Shown here: piece by piece, positions 37,041-50,384 of the stretch
How the letters are laid out: each line of letters opens with the position of its first letter
How positions within the stretch are numbered: the stretch's first letter is position 1
Assembly (NCBI GenBank): GCA_051362555.1
Contig: CM120640.1
Coordinates: 47,098,788 to 47,162,787, forward strand
DNA: 64,000 nt
Direction of reading: 5' to 3'
Source of the DNA: Lingula anatina
Lineage: Eukaryota; Animalia; Brachiopoda
Made by a program: the position numbers and the translations under genes
The notes under the pieces: generated by a model
Database searches by the model: none
The model's input: only the letters and a program-made list of their open reading frames with translations
Told to the model about the DNA's origin: nothing

Positions 37041-40000
37041 AAATTGGATATCCTTTTCAGATAAATTTATAAATATTCAGTCTTTTGAAACACCTAAGAC
37101 TCAGACCTATGTATTCTGTGAGGCTGTTTATTTATTCCCAATTTATATGCCATATCTTCGATGACTGTATATAAAGCAGATGAGACCCATTGGGTACCTG
37201 TACATAGAAAGCTAACCTTCCTATTTATTACTGGACATCCCTCAGTTTCTACTGAAAAACTACTCGTGGAAAGAGTGCAATTTAATCCTTGAATGACAAA
37301 CTGTATTGTATTCAATGAAGTATGAAGGTGCGGAGGTATACACTACGTTGCATAATTTGTCCACAAGAAATCCATATTTTGTATAACTAACTTATTAGAT
37401 GCATATGTATGTAAAGAAATGTATGTAAGATTATGAACTCGATAAGGTACAGGGAGTTTCAAGATTGTGTATTGTAAACATTCATGAGTACGGACTGTTT
37501 GTCTTTATCGAGACACTGAGTTTAAGATACACATGTTATTCAAATATTGTTATCCATCGTTACAGAGGAGGGGTGTGTTAGCATCTTCTTAAACTTGATA
37601 TTGAGGAATGTGGTAGCACTTTGACTTGTCTTCCAGCGCTCTGTTCACAGTGCGTCTCTGATGCAAAAATTAATCAATTATGTAGAATGATAAAACAGGA
37701 GTGCTATCAATACTTCAATATTCCAATAGGCTGATTATTGTAGGACGTGACTGACTACGATTATTTATCATAGGGACCATTTTGTAAGGTTACACAATTA
37801 ATTAATTACAGATCCCTTAACGAATATCGACTGCTTCTAACCGCAGGCCACTTTTAAAAGGCACTAATGAGGATGTCTGACCCTAAAGTTTGTACGACCA
37901 ACTTTGTCAGATATTTTTAGGCAATTAAAAAAGTAGTCTACCTTAAACCAACATGCCCGACCTTTGTTTTCAGTGTAAAAACCAAGATCACAATTGACCA
38001 ATTAGGCTGTAACTTATGTGGTCTTACAAAACGACAGGTATTTATTGGGAAGTTGACGAGATATTTAGGGTTTATATTGGCTTAAATATTTTGTTTGCAT
38101 TTTAGGTGACATTTAAATTTATCAGTGTCGACTGAAATTATATTGTAAACAACCCGACACGCGACCAATTTTTTCTGACATTGACCCCTTTTGTTAAATG
38201 ATATTTAAAGTATGTGACAGAAACAACTGGATAAAAGGCTTTAACTCAGCTTGTTGGCAAGATGTTTATCATACAAAACGACAGTTATATTAATGAAATT
38301 GTTTATCTTCTGTTGATTTTTGTCTTATATTATTTAAACCCGAACAAAAATAAATTCTATATTCCTAACTCAATGCAGTGGTAATTTGTGGGTTATTTAT
38401 ATTTTTATTAACAGCACCCCGCGGCTGATAAGAACTCATTTCGTACATGGTTGATGTCATGTTTAAGTGGTATTTATTGTTTTCGAACCCCTGTCAATTT
38501 CCCTAGTGACAAAGTCGCGCGAGGACTCGTTAAATTACTGGTATCTGAATGCTTTCACTTTGCAAAGGAATTCCTGTCGCTTTAGGAAAGTAGAAAAAGT
38601 TCGGGATATGTGACACCCTTGATCTTGTGATTTTTCAAAAGATGGTGACTCACTTGTTCAAAATGCAAGTACTGGTCTTTTTAAATACATTTTGAATACG
38701 AAGTGTGAACGTGGTAGTTGAGATGTAAAACTGATTCCAGAGAGGGAGTCATGCTCTCCTGGCCATGTTTATACGTGGGTGTCCGCAATGCCAATTTTAA
38801 TTAAAAAATTTATGTTAGGCAATGTACCGCAGTTGCTTAACAAGTTCTGATCGGTTACGCAAGTGCTAACGTGACCAAAGTTCTCATTCAGATATGTTCT
38901 TAAGGGTTTTACGAAAACTGATGTTATCTTCCCCAAAATGGCGACCATATTCTGGTAATCTAAGTTTGCATAGAAAACGGGTTTTGCCGAGTTTAATCAT
39001 GTTTTCTTATTCTGTTGGACGTGTATTGAAAGTGGGTTAAGTTCAAGCCGCGGTGGACAAAAGGAAGTATTTACGGTATGCAGGAAATAGGCGTATGTGT
39101 TGAAATGGATAAAGGTTTTGGAATATACCTCTATTGTAATTTCTCATATTTGGAAGAATATAGAACCATTATGTTAAAAGAGCATCAATAACCAATAACT
39201 AATTATCAATGATTGTGACTCAAATTTACATCCTAAGGTGATGAGTGGTGAAGAATTTTGTGGTGGAGTTCAATGAGTGTAGGGCAAACTTTTAGCTTTG
39301 CTGGCTCTAAATGCCCTTTACATCACATTACCTGTTTTTCTTTTGGATAAGTCTTAAATGTAACACATATTGCCGAAAACCTGTTAAGTCATTTCGCACA
39401 TTTAATTGCATGCTGAAATTGGAAGTCTGCAAATGGGATTTACACAGGCTTTCAAAGACGCATATTACTGTTAGTTTAGAGAAGCGGGGATTATCATTAA
39501 TTATGATATAAAGCTTACTCCACCTGACAAAACCAGCCAAAATAGACAGCACCTCTCTCAAACCCGCATTTTACCGGACGCGCACTAATCATCACAAATT
39601 AAAGTTATTGTGGGACGTATTATCGATTTTTCAAAAACCCGCTGACTTAATCACACGTTTATATTAATCCTAAGTGACTTCCTTAAAACTATTTTATACA
39701 AAAGAATACGACTCCACCTTTCCCCCTGTTACCGAGGCCCACGGCAACCCGGGGTGGAACAATGCGAGCTACTGAGTGTTTTGTCGACCCCGGTTGTTCT
39801 TTTTGTCAAGACGGTAAAAGATGGCGTGTTTTCCATGACGCCCTGGAACGTAGATTACCCTAATTATGGTTTTGAGTTCAAACGGTGCTAGGAATGAACA
39901 CGTTGGGATTTCATTTTGTACAATGGAATCGTGGAATTTACGTTTATTTTTTTGAAGGTAATGATAGTTTTGTTTTATAGCCCCTCCCTGCGGTGTCATG

Positions 40001-41253
40001 TTGGAGTGCCCCAGACGTATGGCATCACACCCGCCATTATTATAGAGTGATTATAGGCCGTATGTCACGACGCTCCTTTTTGCCCGAGGACAATTTGATC
40101 ACACCATCAATATCAAAAGTCAGGAAAGGAGTATCTTTATAAAATTTAATAGAAGAGCTTAGTTAAATTGTGAATAAATATCATGAATATAAAGCAATTA
40201 ATTTGATCGTCACTATTGAGCTATAACTAACAGAGCTATAACTCTGTTTTGCGTAGAAGTAAAGTATCCATCGGAGTTCACCAGTGCAAATGTTAGCACC
40301 GTTATTGCAATTAACAAGTAGGCCTACTATTTTTTATTCTTAGTTGCCTTTTTATCTAAATCTCAAAAATGAAAGACCAAAATCTTTTATAGTGAAATGT
40401 CTTCAACTTCTTACATCTTATATGCGTAATCGTCATATGACATAAGAATACCGCGCTCGAAGTGAAAAGACAGTAGAACAGACCATATTGCAATATATAA
40501 AAAGTAGCAGACGACCATTTACATGAAATGAGCAGTGACACCCCAGTTAACTCTATCTCGGTTTTCTGTACCTGTACTTATACATTTGCAGGCCTATGCA
40601 TATTAAGTTGGGAATGGTAACAGTATATAACTCTAAATGGGACAAATGACGACGCAATGTGCCATTAAATCATTTTCATTTCCTGCAACCTCTATGACGT
40701 GGATGTGCTTTGAATCTTAATACAAATATTATTAATACCTTTTCGGGGGTTGGTTAAAAGGTCACACGTTATTGACGCATTATCATATATTGTTATAATG
40801 GTTACGTTATTATTACTTACACAACAAATGGAAAAAACCCTTACAAATACAAAGACACATTCAATTAGTTGATAATGCTTCCTTGTTGAAGCTTTCTGTT
40901 TGATGTGTGTAAGCTTGGATCCAATATTTAAGTCCCGGGAATCGTTATTCCTTAAATCAATGAACTAATTAACTAAACGGAGACGTTTCATTCTTACTAT
41001 AAAAACATAAACTAATGCACATCATGTTTTATAGATCTCAAATCAATCGTTCACACAAACTTTTCTTGGCTTGCTTTCAACGTTTGTGTTTGCGCAAGGG
41101 TGTATTACACATTGCTCATTTCATCTACATCAGACCGTAACATTGGACAGATTCTTTCCCCCATTGTCTAAAGTAATAGTTTACATTTACATCTTCTCTC
41201 TTAAAGACCTCTTCAAGATTTCTCTTTTGTAAAACCCACAAAACATTGCCAGG

Positions 41254-41286
41254 TATAAGAAGACGAGAGAGCAGCGAAGGTCACTC
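41254..41286 (+). promoter_or_regulatory. Candidate TATA + Inr core promoter
   Basis: TATAAGAA at 41254 and TCACTC at 41281 (A at 41283, 29 nt downstream), the same architecture as the promoter at 2915-2945; no long ORF follows directly. Confidence 0.35.
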
Positions 41287-44200
41287 ATCCGAACTCAAGG
41301 ATTCGGACCGTGTTTGCTAAAAGACCGTCTTGGAGAATCAAGTAGTGGCGCTTACACACAAAACGTCCAGAAAATCGCAAATATTCGATACGGTCTTTTC
41401 ATCTCACCGAGACAGATTCAAGTTTTATAATGTCATTGCGTTGTGAGAATATGGCGAATTTAGCGCACATTATTTTCTTAGAATTAAAACACCGTAAATG
41501 AGTTCAGCTCAAGAACCCATCCCATCGTGTCAACGCACCTGAACTTGTCGTCGAAAATCTTGACCAGGGATAGAATACGTGTGCGTCCACTGTGGGATTT
41601 GTGACCACGCTCAATTTCTGCAATCCTATTATTCATTGTACAGCGCGGGATATTACCTGACGGTCGAATCATTTATTACAATAGACCAACATTCCACTGA
41701 TGTAACATAATCTTAAGCCCTATGTCGTCTGCTTGAAAATTAATATCATGTTGATTTGCAGCAAACCAAAACAAGATGGCCTTGTGCCAAATAATTTGGC
41801 TGTTTTTGTCTCAACCCAGTTTATTATCTGGTGTAACAGGCATATAAAATTATTTCTTTTTTGTTAACTTGTAACCCTTCTCCGATACAGAGACAGAGTC
41901 TGAGATGTGTGTACACATGGACAGAGTTTGCATGATAACCATTTGTCTCGTTTCATGCTAAAGCAGATAATATGTTGGCTATGAAATGATATGTGAATAA
42001 GTCATCTAATATCATAGATTTGTCTCTTGCGCAAATTATTCACATAACCAGCTCTACCAGGCCAATTTGACTTTGGCATGTTAGAGAATGACATCTCCGC
42101 ATTGCATTGAAATGAAATGTAAATTTCAAAATATCATTCTAAACATGAGGATAACAAACCAAATACAGGATTACTGTTCTTTAAATTATCGCAAAAGAAT
42201 ATTTCGACAGAAAGATGACATCATTACGACGAATGTTTCAAGACATATACTTGACTGTTTTGACCATAAGCAATCTATGCAACAGGCGACAAAAATCTTC
42301 CACAAAACTAATATTATATTGCAGTTCACCACATTGTTTTCCAACACCTGTTTCGCAAGGACGGGTTACTCCAATATTTATTTAACACGGTAACAGTAGC
42401 AGAGGACTGGAAGTCCTGCGCGTTCCCACGTGCAATTAGTACGTAACAAATCAGCAGTCAAAGAGAAAATGCACCTTCAAGGGGCAAGTTTGTTGTACTG
42501 CATGAAACTCTATACCCCCAAGGCTTCCCACCTTTAGGCACGAGTTGCCCAGCCTGGGCCTATTGACATACTGGATACTCTACTCAGTTTTTAAAAAAGG
42601 TTCAATCAAAATCGATGAAACATGTTAAATGTGTTCAAGTCTAGGTGACGTTGATCCGCCTTGGACATTGGCAAAACCTAGAGCCAAACAATGCTTACTT
42701 GCAAGCCCAATTTATCGCTTTGTTTCCTTGTTTTGTTAAGCAAACCTAAAGTGACCTATGCATTTTGACGTAAATTATGAAAGAAAATACAGATTACAAA
42801 TAATTGCCAGTAATCTTAATGCATTTAACAGTATTGCCAAAAGTCGGTCGGTTGGAGTATATTTCGCTCGCACTTCGTGAACCTCACACGCTATTCAATT
42901 CTAACTGACCAATTATTGAAAAATCAATTTTTTTACATATTTTATGTAATGTTTCTCAACAATATTTTATTTCTAGACTGTTATATCAGTTCTTTGGAGA
43001 CTTGCCGTCTGTTGCGGGCTCTTTCATGTAGCGACCGGTTACGACTGAGTTTTTGATGATGCAAATTAATTTTCATACCCTTTTTGATTTATAAATTATA
43101 CGTTACGCCACAGCCAAATATATGACTCACACAGTTTGCTACATCAATAAATCAAATATGGTCTTCCAAAAAATCGAATGTATAGCATGTAGTGCGACCT
43201 AGGCCCTGAAATAATAAGTTAAAGTCCGAATTGCTTTTCATGCTTATGGTGAATTTTAATGATTTTAATGATAAATGTCATGGGCAACAAATCCTTTTTA
43301 TTAAATTAGCCTTTAATGCTAGATTATGAAAATGTTGAATCAAAAGAGTTAATTAAAACAACCATCTTAGACAATAAGGAAAAGTTTGCTTTTGAAATCA
43401 TATAGCATTCTGGGAGCAATCAGTGTTAAGTATGTTTTGCATTATGACAGTGCTTAACTAAATCATAGCTGTAAAACCTGAAAACAGCGTAATGTTGATA
43501 CTCGTATCTACCCCTCTAAGTAGGTGATACCTTTTTTCAATTTTGACAATCATATTTCTTCCAGACCTCGGGCGTACACTGTATATGTGCACGACTCAAA
43601 GGAAAACAGAAACTTTTTTTAATCACAAATTAACCTCCGAATTGATCACAAAGATGTTTTTAAGTCACAGAACAGAACTGATGTCCCTTGCTGTGGTTTT
43701 GTGCGTTACGAGAAAAGAGAACAACACAGCACCAAAATTGAGCGCCTTGAGGAACAAAATCAGATATATATCAGTTAAAAAGATGCTTTTGCCATATAAT
43801 GCAAACTGCGGATTCAAACAACCAATGATTTTTTCAGGGTAGTACTAGTATCGCATCCCTCGTTGTTGTTGTTGTTTTGAAGTCGTATTTAAAAAATCTA
43901 ATTATCTTTAAAAGCTTAAACTTCAGCATTCTAATTAGGAATACTTAATTGTCAACTAAGCGAATAGAAAAACTTTCTCAGCAGGTGTTATGAGAGGCCA
44001 TTCGAACTTCTGACCTAGTTATTTGTGCACAACCAATGGCATCTTTCTCTAGGTCAAAATGAGAGATACCGTTCATTTTTAGAAGCGCATCTACTGCAAT
44101 AGGTATCTGGAACATCCCATGCAATGCGTTGTTTCATTGTGTTAGTTTTTAATTTCGCTAGACCTTTGCCTAATCAAATCGATTTGCCTGTTGTACATTG

Positions 44201-46076
44201 ACATTTAAAAATGGTTTTCCTAAATCTTTTCATGAAATATGACTGTATATGCATACCTTCTAATGTGTGCGTGCACGGTGCTTGTCTGCATGTGTTTGGG
44301 TGCGTACATTTAGTTCTATGCATTCCTACCGCATGCCTGTTGCATTGAACTTAATTGCAAAGTAAAATTTTATATGTTCTGAAGTTTGTGAGGCACGAGC
44401 ACTTTTTGATTTTGCAACTGATTTAACCCGTCTGCAATGAAAAATAGGACGATATTGTGCGGTGTCAGAACGGTGTTACATGTAGGCTACCTAAAGCACA
44501 TAACACAAGGCCGGCATAAGCTATGCAAATCTCAACATGCTCACTTATAATACTATAAATTCATCATATCTTTTTATAGCAATTTCTCACAACTCTTGTC
44601 ACAGCTACTTGTATTTGAAAAAACGAACAAAAACACAACGTGTAATCCTGAGCACATATGTAGGTTAATTGACACATAATCAATACTTTTGTTTACGCTC
44701 GCGCATTCTACTGTCACTTCAAACAATATTCATCAATATTGAATGTACACCGGAGATACACATAGACACATGTAGTCTACTATCATGGCCCACAATTTTG
44801 AACAAGGCCCACCTTTGTGTCATCCTTCAAAAGAGGAGTACAAAAGCTGAGCTGTAAATATCCATGAAAGACATTCCTCTCAAACACATTATACAGAGAT
44901 AAGTTACTGCGGTGACGTGAAACGAGGGTTTAAAATGTAGAATTATCATACAAATACCATTTGAAACAGAGACCTTAGCAGATCGAGTATGTGTATTCGA
45001 TCAGAGCACGACGTGACAAAGGTCACGTGCGTCAGAGGGGGAGATGAACGACTGTCTCAAAAGCTGTGGTACCGCCTTTTCTTGACCTCGATGCCCTTGC
45101 TACTTTCATTTTTTTTTCATTTAATCGTTTTCTTTTTTCACAAGAGCCTACACTTATAGCAGAGGTCGACTGGTGTTTATTGTATTTATCTTTACGTTCA
45201 TTATAAATCACTCAGTAAATATGTGATATTTTGGATATATGGAAAGCATACATGTTACAGTATGTTCCTCTAATCTGCTTCTAATTACTCAAAAACATGC
45301 CTTAAAGCAATGCTTACCATTGTGATTCTTTGAACATTTCGACGCTTTTATTAAAAATTATATTGATAATTTCTTTAAAAACTGTATAGTTGATTTCATG
45401 TCTTGATCTTCCTTTAGTGTTTGGTTGCAGTGCACTTTAATATGTTTGCAATATGCCTGTATAAATAATATTGCTACTTCACTGACATAGAATTATGATA
45501 TGACTTTTTGGTATTCTTCTCACATAATAATTACAGCCTGAAAATAATGCCGTCAGGGCAAATAACTTGTTTTTAACTTTTGGCGGTTGAGAGGTTTTAC
45601 TGGGGCACTTGTTGATTCAGGCAGTGTACCGCTATCACCAAGGACAATCACCAAAAAAAATAAAAAAAATGAAATGTAGTACATGACAGGTGCTCTTATT
45701 TTCCACTTGGTAAGGGTCAGATTAGACAGACAACATCATCTAGTAATGAATACGTGAAATTACTCAGGGCATCAAGCTAAGTTTTTAAAAATTATTTATT
45801 AACAAATAAACTCGCCAAACTTTCTCTTGCGTTTATTTTCAAGCCGCGTTAAAATATTTCACGTCCTTTAAAGCTTGGTACATGACCCAAACGTTGTCCC
45901 CATATAAACCTATTTAATTGCTCTGCCAGTGATTTGTGTTGAATATAGTTAAAATTCATTGCCTCTATCAGTCGTATTTTCAGTATGGCGCTTGTTGTTG
46001 AGTCGCTAATCACTAATTAGGCAAAACAGCAAAAAAGAAGGTATAATAAGAAATATATATATATATATATATTTTT

Positions 46077-46380
46077 TTTTTTTTGTCAGCATAAATGTAC
46101 CATATTTTACGTTCGAATAGACCAGAATAATAGGGGATGATAATTAATGATTCTTATTCCAACCCTACATTCTTCTTTTTGATTTAACCACATATTCTTA
46201 CCCAATTTAATGTATGAATCATTCATTCTAGAAGTGACTGTACACATATTTTTGTCAGCAGATAATATATTTATGTCCGAAACATTAGGACAATAATTAA
46301 TAGTTCTTATACCAACCCTATATTCTATTTTTGATAAGTTCATATATTCTAATCCAATCAAAATAAATGAATCATTCATA
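46077..46380. repeat. Degenerate two-copy tandem duplication (~130-170 bp)
   Basis: TTTTTGTCAGCA...TAATTAAT..TTCTTAT.CCAACCCTA.ATTCT...ATGAATCATTCAT occurs twice. Confidence 0.7.
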
Positions 46381-46737
46381 GACTTCGTCAGAATCTACCT
46401 AGCCCTTTAGTGCAAGGAGCAAAACACATTCCTCCCTTGTTTGCATGAAAGATGAGGTCTGGTCTCTTATGTTTTCCTTAAAAGGTTGTAATGGCGGGCA
46501 CACCTAAACCACATGGTCGACTGGAAAGTTCATTTTCATGCAGAACTGTGCACCATCAACAATCGAGACATGCGTTTCTATTGCTCATTTGCAGGTGATG
46601 AGGTCAGGCAATAGTTTGATTTATCAACACTTTTTTGAAAAGAAGGACAAGCGATAAGGAACGTAAATAACCTCTTTCTTGCGGTGCATATAAATTGCAC
46701 CATGAAATCTGTTAAAATGTACTTTGTATTCACTTCG

Positions 46738-46744
<7 letters not shown>

Positions 46745-46803
<59 letters not shown>
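46745..46803. repeat. (CT)n microsatellite
   Basis: Directly visible. Confidence 0.95.
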
Positions 46804-46805
<2 letters not shown>

Positions 46806-47876
46806 AGACATCAAAACAAATGTGCATATTCAAATACTACCAGCAAGATGGGAAATTAAGTCTCTGGTTAACCTTGGGCGTTGGGTCAAGACCAAACATA
46901 GCATCATATCCTGAAGAGGGCTACTGCAAAGTTGTTAGATATTCTGGACACCTTTTTCTGACAGGTTACGCTCCAACCCAAAGGCGATTTACACAAAAAC
47001 ATGACCGCTACGATTACACTTAGTCCCAGCACGCACATCCGTCCAACGCTACCCTGAACGTCGCCAAGAAATCTGGAGAAGAATCTGCCTCTGCATTTTT
47101 TTTCTGGACGTGATCTCTTAAGATATTTTAACAAGCAGAAATAGACATTATACTAACGCACTATTACATGTTCATCCTGACCTCTCCGTTACATATTTCG
47201 AAACGATGTCTAATACATAAGTGTGATAAAGCGGTGAATTTGAATTCGGAGTCGTTTTCAAAAGATCATATAGATAGGGTCGATCGGCAGTAAAGATATT
47301 TCATAAAGTCAATAGATAAAAAAAATTACACCATTGCTTATTACGATATATGACGTAGGACCTAAAGATACAGGGACTCACACTTATCAACCGAGATATT
47401 CAAAGAATTGAAAAGAGGCGGCTAAGGCAATCTGGTACATATATTTTGCAATGGAACATTCTTTGTCATTCATGACATTCTGACTCTCAGGGTGTTTTGC
47501 CATTCAGGCTGATTGCGACTCAGCCAAGCATATACCGGTACTACATGTGATGTCGTTAAGATGGCAATTAATGTTCGGGCTGAACTGACATGCCGACATA
47601 ACTTAACAGAGATCCAAGAAGAGACATGATCTATTAATGCCACCGTCACTATCTTTAAAACCTTAGTCACTCAGTGGAGAACCGGTTTATTCACCTTATT
47701 GAAATGCATAATGGATTTTATTTTATACACACGGCAAATTCTTCATAAGACAAAAAGATCTCCTGGTGATACAAAGCGGCCTTTACTGACAGAAAAGGTG
47801 TTGAACAGAGAGGCTTTAAACATCAAGTGAAAAAAGACGGAATTTAGGTACCAGGGACTTTACTGATACGATAAAC

Positions 47877-50384
47877 ATGAACAAATGGACAAAACAGACA
47901 GAGGACAAAGCTGCAAAGCAGAAACAGTCGAATGTTTTAATCGAGAAAAAGGTTTCTTTTCTCGGCCAATGGTACTCCACAGGACACGACGACAGCGCTT
48001 GCCAAGTATGGAGGAACCAAATTTCCTCCACAACAGCTGGAACAAAAAACAAACTAAAAATTACCGAAGCTGGGATAACATTCGGTAGTAAAGCCAATTT
48101 TTTCAACCGCTCGAGCGATGTTTTGAAATTAGAGGATATTCATGACTTTTATATTGGCGACCAGCACCTCTATATTATCGTCTGCGTGGCACGGGTGACA
48201 CATACAAAACAACGCATATTGCTATTCCGTTGTCATAACCTGAAGGATTGCGAAGATCTGGTGACAGTTTACAGAAATCTTGTCGACAGTGGGATTCGCA
48301 CGGTCCCCAGCAGTCACCAGGGACATCGAAGTGGGACTACCGGTGGGGATATAGACTATCGCGTGGAGGTAAGAGAACATCGTCTCGGTGCCCCGGAAAA
48401 CCGTTCAGTCGATGTTATACCTGACTACGAGGAACGCTATCATCACCATTCTGAACAAAGCGGGCCCCAGGACTCGTATTACCGGTATGGTGATGGGCAC
48501 AGCCCGGCAGGAGGAGGAAACCAGCAAAGTCACATTTTTCGCGAAGAAAGGTCAACCTCGAGCATTGTAACACAAAACCATGCAAATAATCAGCACGCTG
48601 GGGAGAGACTCGCCGTGCCGGTGATAAAACATCAACAGCAAGGTCCTATATACAGCCGCGTCGAGCACGTGGAGGGAACGCGTGAAAATATGGGCGCTCG
48701 TCAGGGTAAACACACCAGCACACGCCATTACAACGACAGCCAGCACCACCGAGAATCAAGACAGCACCAGCAACAGCACGTTCACAGAACAGGTAGAGTG
48801 ACGAGTTCCAGCGACGATGAAGCCCGCCAGGTAATTGACCATTTTGACCGTGTCGTGGAACGCAGCGCCAGTTCTACATCACGAGATAGCCCCAAAATGG
48901 TGCGGAAACCGGTTCAGACGGGAGGAGAAGTGGTAGAAAAGACGTTGGAGGTGCGTCGGTATCATAGTAAGCACGATAGCTCGGATGAGGATTACCAGGC
49001 TAGGCGTAAACAGGAACAAATGGAAAAAATGACACTGGCCGAGCAGGCCAAGTTACGCGATGAGGTAGAGAACTTAAAGGAACAGGTCGAACAATTAAAA
49101 TTTGCCTCTCTTCAGAGAAATACCCAGCCCCAGCAGACGGTCATCGAGACCACCACCTCCACTTCCCATCAAAACCGCTCTAAACGCCATGGCGAAAAGA
49201 AACGTAAACACCGCCGCCATAAAAAATCAGACACGTCGTCTGCTACGGACTCGTCTGCTAGCTCGTCTGATGAAGTAACCCAGGTCAAAGCTAAGGAAGT
49301 GTCAAGCATGGAGGTGGCTAAAAGTAATGTTGATGATCATCATAAATTAATGGTCACACACCACACCTTAGACCGCCATGGTCAGATGAACCAGATAGAA
49401 ACTTTCGGAAACTACGACACGCGCCCCCCTCCCCCGTTGCCATTGGCCGAGGCCACCGCAGCTGGTGGTCAGCGTGTTACTAAGTCAGCCTACTCAAAGG
49501 TGATAAAAACGTCAACGTCAGGAGGCGGGAATACTGGACAGATTGTGAGCAGTGGAAGTGGAGGGGCCGCTGTAAAAGGAAAATCTCTTAAACTGGTCTC
49601 CAGCACTGGTGGCCCTACTTATGACTGCGAAGGAAACCCAGTTTCACTCAGCCCTGAAAGCTCGACTTATAGCCATGCAATGTACGGCGGTGGAACAACG
49701 GGAAGCAGCGGCTACGTCAGCAGCACGTACGGTACCACCGACCGCAGTGGAACCGGTTTGCGCGTCGTGTCAGCGTCGGGAGCTACAGCTATTGATAGTG
49801 AAGGCAGGCTTATAAATGACGGGACCAGCGCACGCAGCGTACAAAGCACTTCATCCTATCAGTATGCAGGTGCCAACGGTCACGGTGACCACGTTATCCA
49901 CACAGACGGGGATCCGTACGCCAACCACCTTGTCTACGGGGGCTCTACGTTAAAACGTGACGGTGGCGGCGGTAGTCAATATGGAGGAAGCAATTACCAT
50001 ACTACAGAACGTCATTATAGTGAGCGCGTAATGTCACCGCCGAGAATTGAGGTCACACCACCGCATCCTACACTGCTTACGCCAAAGAAGGCCGCCAGTG
50101 AGTACGGCTACCACTTTCACCGTGACGAGCCCGACTACGGTCACAGTGGCAACAGGGTGCATAAAGTTACTAGACACACGTCGTCAACAATCACTCGCCC
50201 TGCCGAAAGAGTCTACGTTCAACGTACACCAACCAGTTCACGTAACGTCGTTTATTACGTCGACGGACACCCCTCCCCTCCTCCCCAGCAGCGTGTTGTT
50301 GAGACAGCGCCCATCTATGCGTCTTCAGGGGGCTACGAATCTCGTTTCACGTCGCGCTCTTCAGGAAGCCCAAAGAGACATTGA
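47877..50384 (+). CDS. Divergent PTB/PH-fold protein with coiled coil and long His/Ser/Gly/Thr-rich disordered tail (uninterrupted ORF, 835 aa)
   Basis: 2.5-kb GC-rich ORF with AAACATG start. Residues ~20-137: KKVSFLG, KLKITEAGITF, LKLEDIHDF, IIVCVAR, ILLFRCHNLKDCEDLVTVYRNL (PTB-like order of strands and terminal helix). Heptad LAEQAKLRDEVENLKEQVEQLK. AATAAA signals at ~50930-51025. ORF is secure; domain call is moderate. Confidence 0.8.
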   Translation: MNKWTKQTEDKAAKQKQSNVLIEKKVSFLGQWYSTGHDDSACQVWRNQISSTTAGTKNKLKITEAGITFGSKANFFNRSSDVLKLEDIHDFYIGDQHLYIIVCVARVTHTKQRILLFRCHNLKDCEDLVTVYRNLVDSGIRTVPSSHQGHRSGTTGGDIDYRVEVREHRLGAPENRSVDVIPDYEERYHHHSEQSGPQDSYYRYGDGHSPAGGGNQQSHIFREERSTSSIVTQNHANNQHAGERLAVPVIKHQQQGPIYSRVEHVEGTRENMGARQGKHTSTRHYNDSQHHRESRQHQQQHVHRTGRVTSSSDDEARQVIDHFDRVVERSASSTSRDSPKMVRKPVQTGGEVVEKTLEVRRYHSKHDSSDEDYQARRKQEQMEKMTLAEQAKLRDEVENLKEQVEQLKFASLQRNTQPQQTVIETTTSTSHQNRSKRHGEKKRKHRRHKKSDTSSATDSSASSSDEVTQVKAKEVSSMEVAKSNVDDHHKLMVTHHTLDRHGQMNQIETFGNYDTRPPPPLPLAEATAAGGQRVTKSAYSKVIKTSTSGGGNTGQIVSSGSGGAAVKGKSLKLVSSTGGPTYDCEGNPVSLSPESSTYSHAMYGGGTTGSSGYVSSTYGTTDRSGTGLRVVSASGATAIDSEGRLINDGTSARSVQSTSSYQYAGANGHGDHVIHTDGDPYANHLVYGGSTLKRDGGGGSQYGGSNYHTTERHYSERVMSPPRIEVTPPHPTLLTPKKAASEYGYHFHRDEPDYGHSGNRVHKVTRHTSSTITRPAERVYVQRTPTSSRNVVYYVDGHPSPPPQQRVVETAPIYASSGGYESRFTSRSSGSPKRH

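Noticed and set aside
41645-41699. Peptide ILPDGRIIYYNRPTFH resembling part of a WW domain
   Set aside because: Flanked by in-frame stops and lacks both tryptophans; likely chance.
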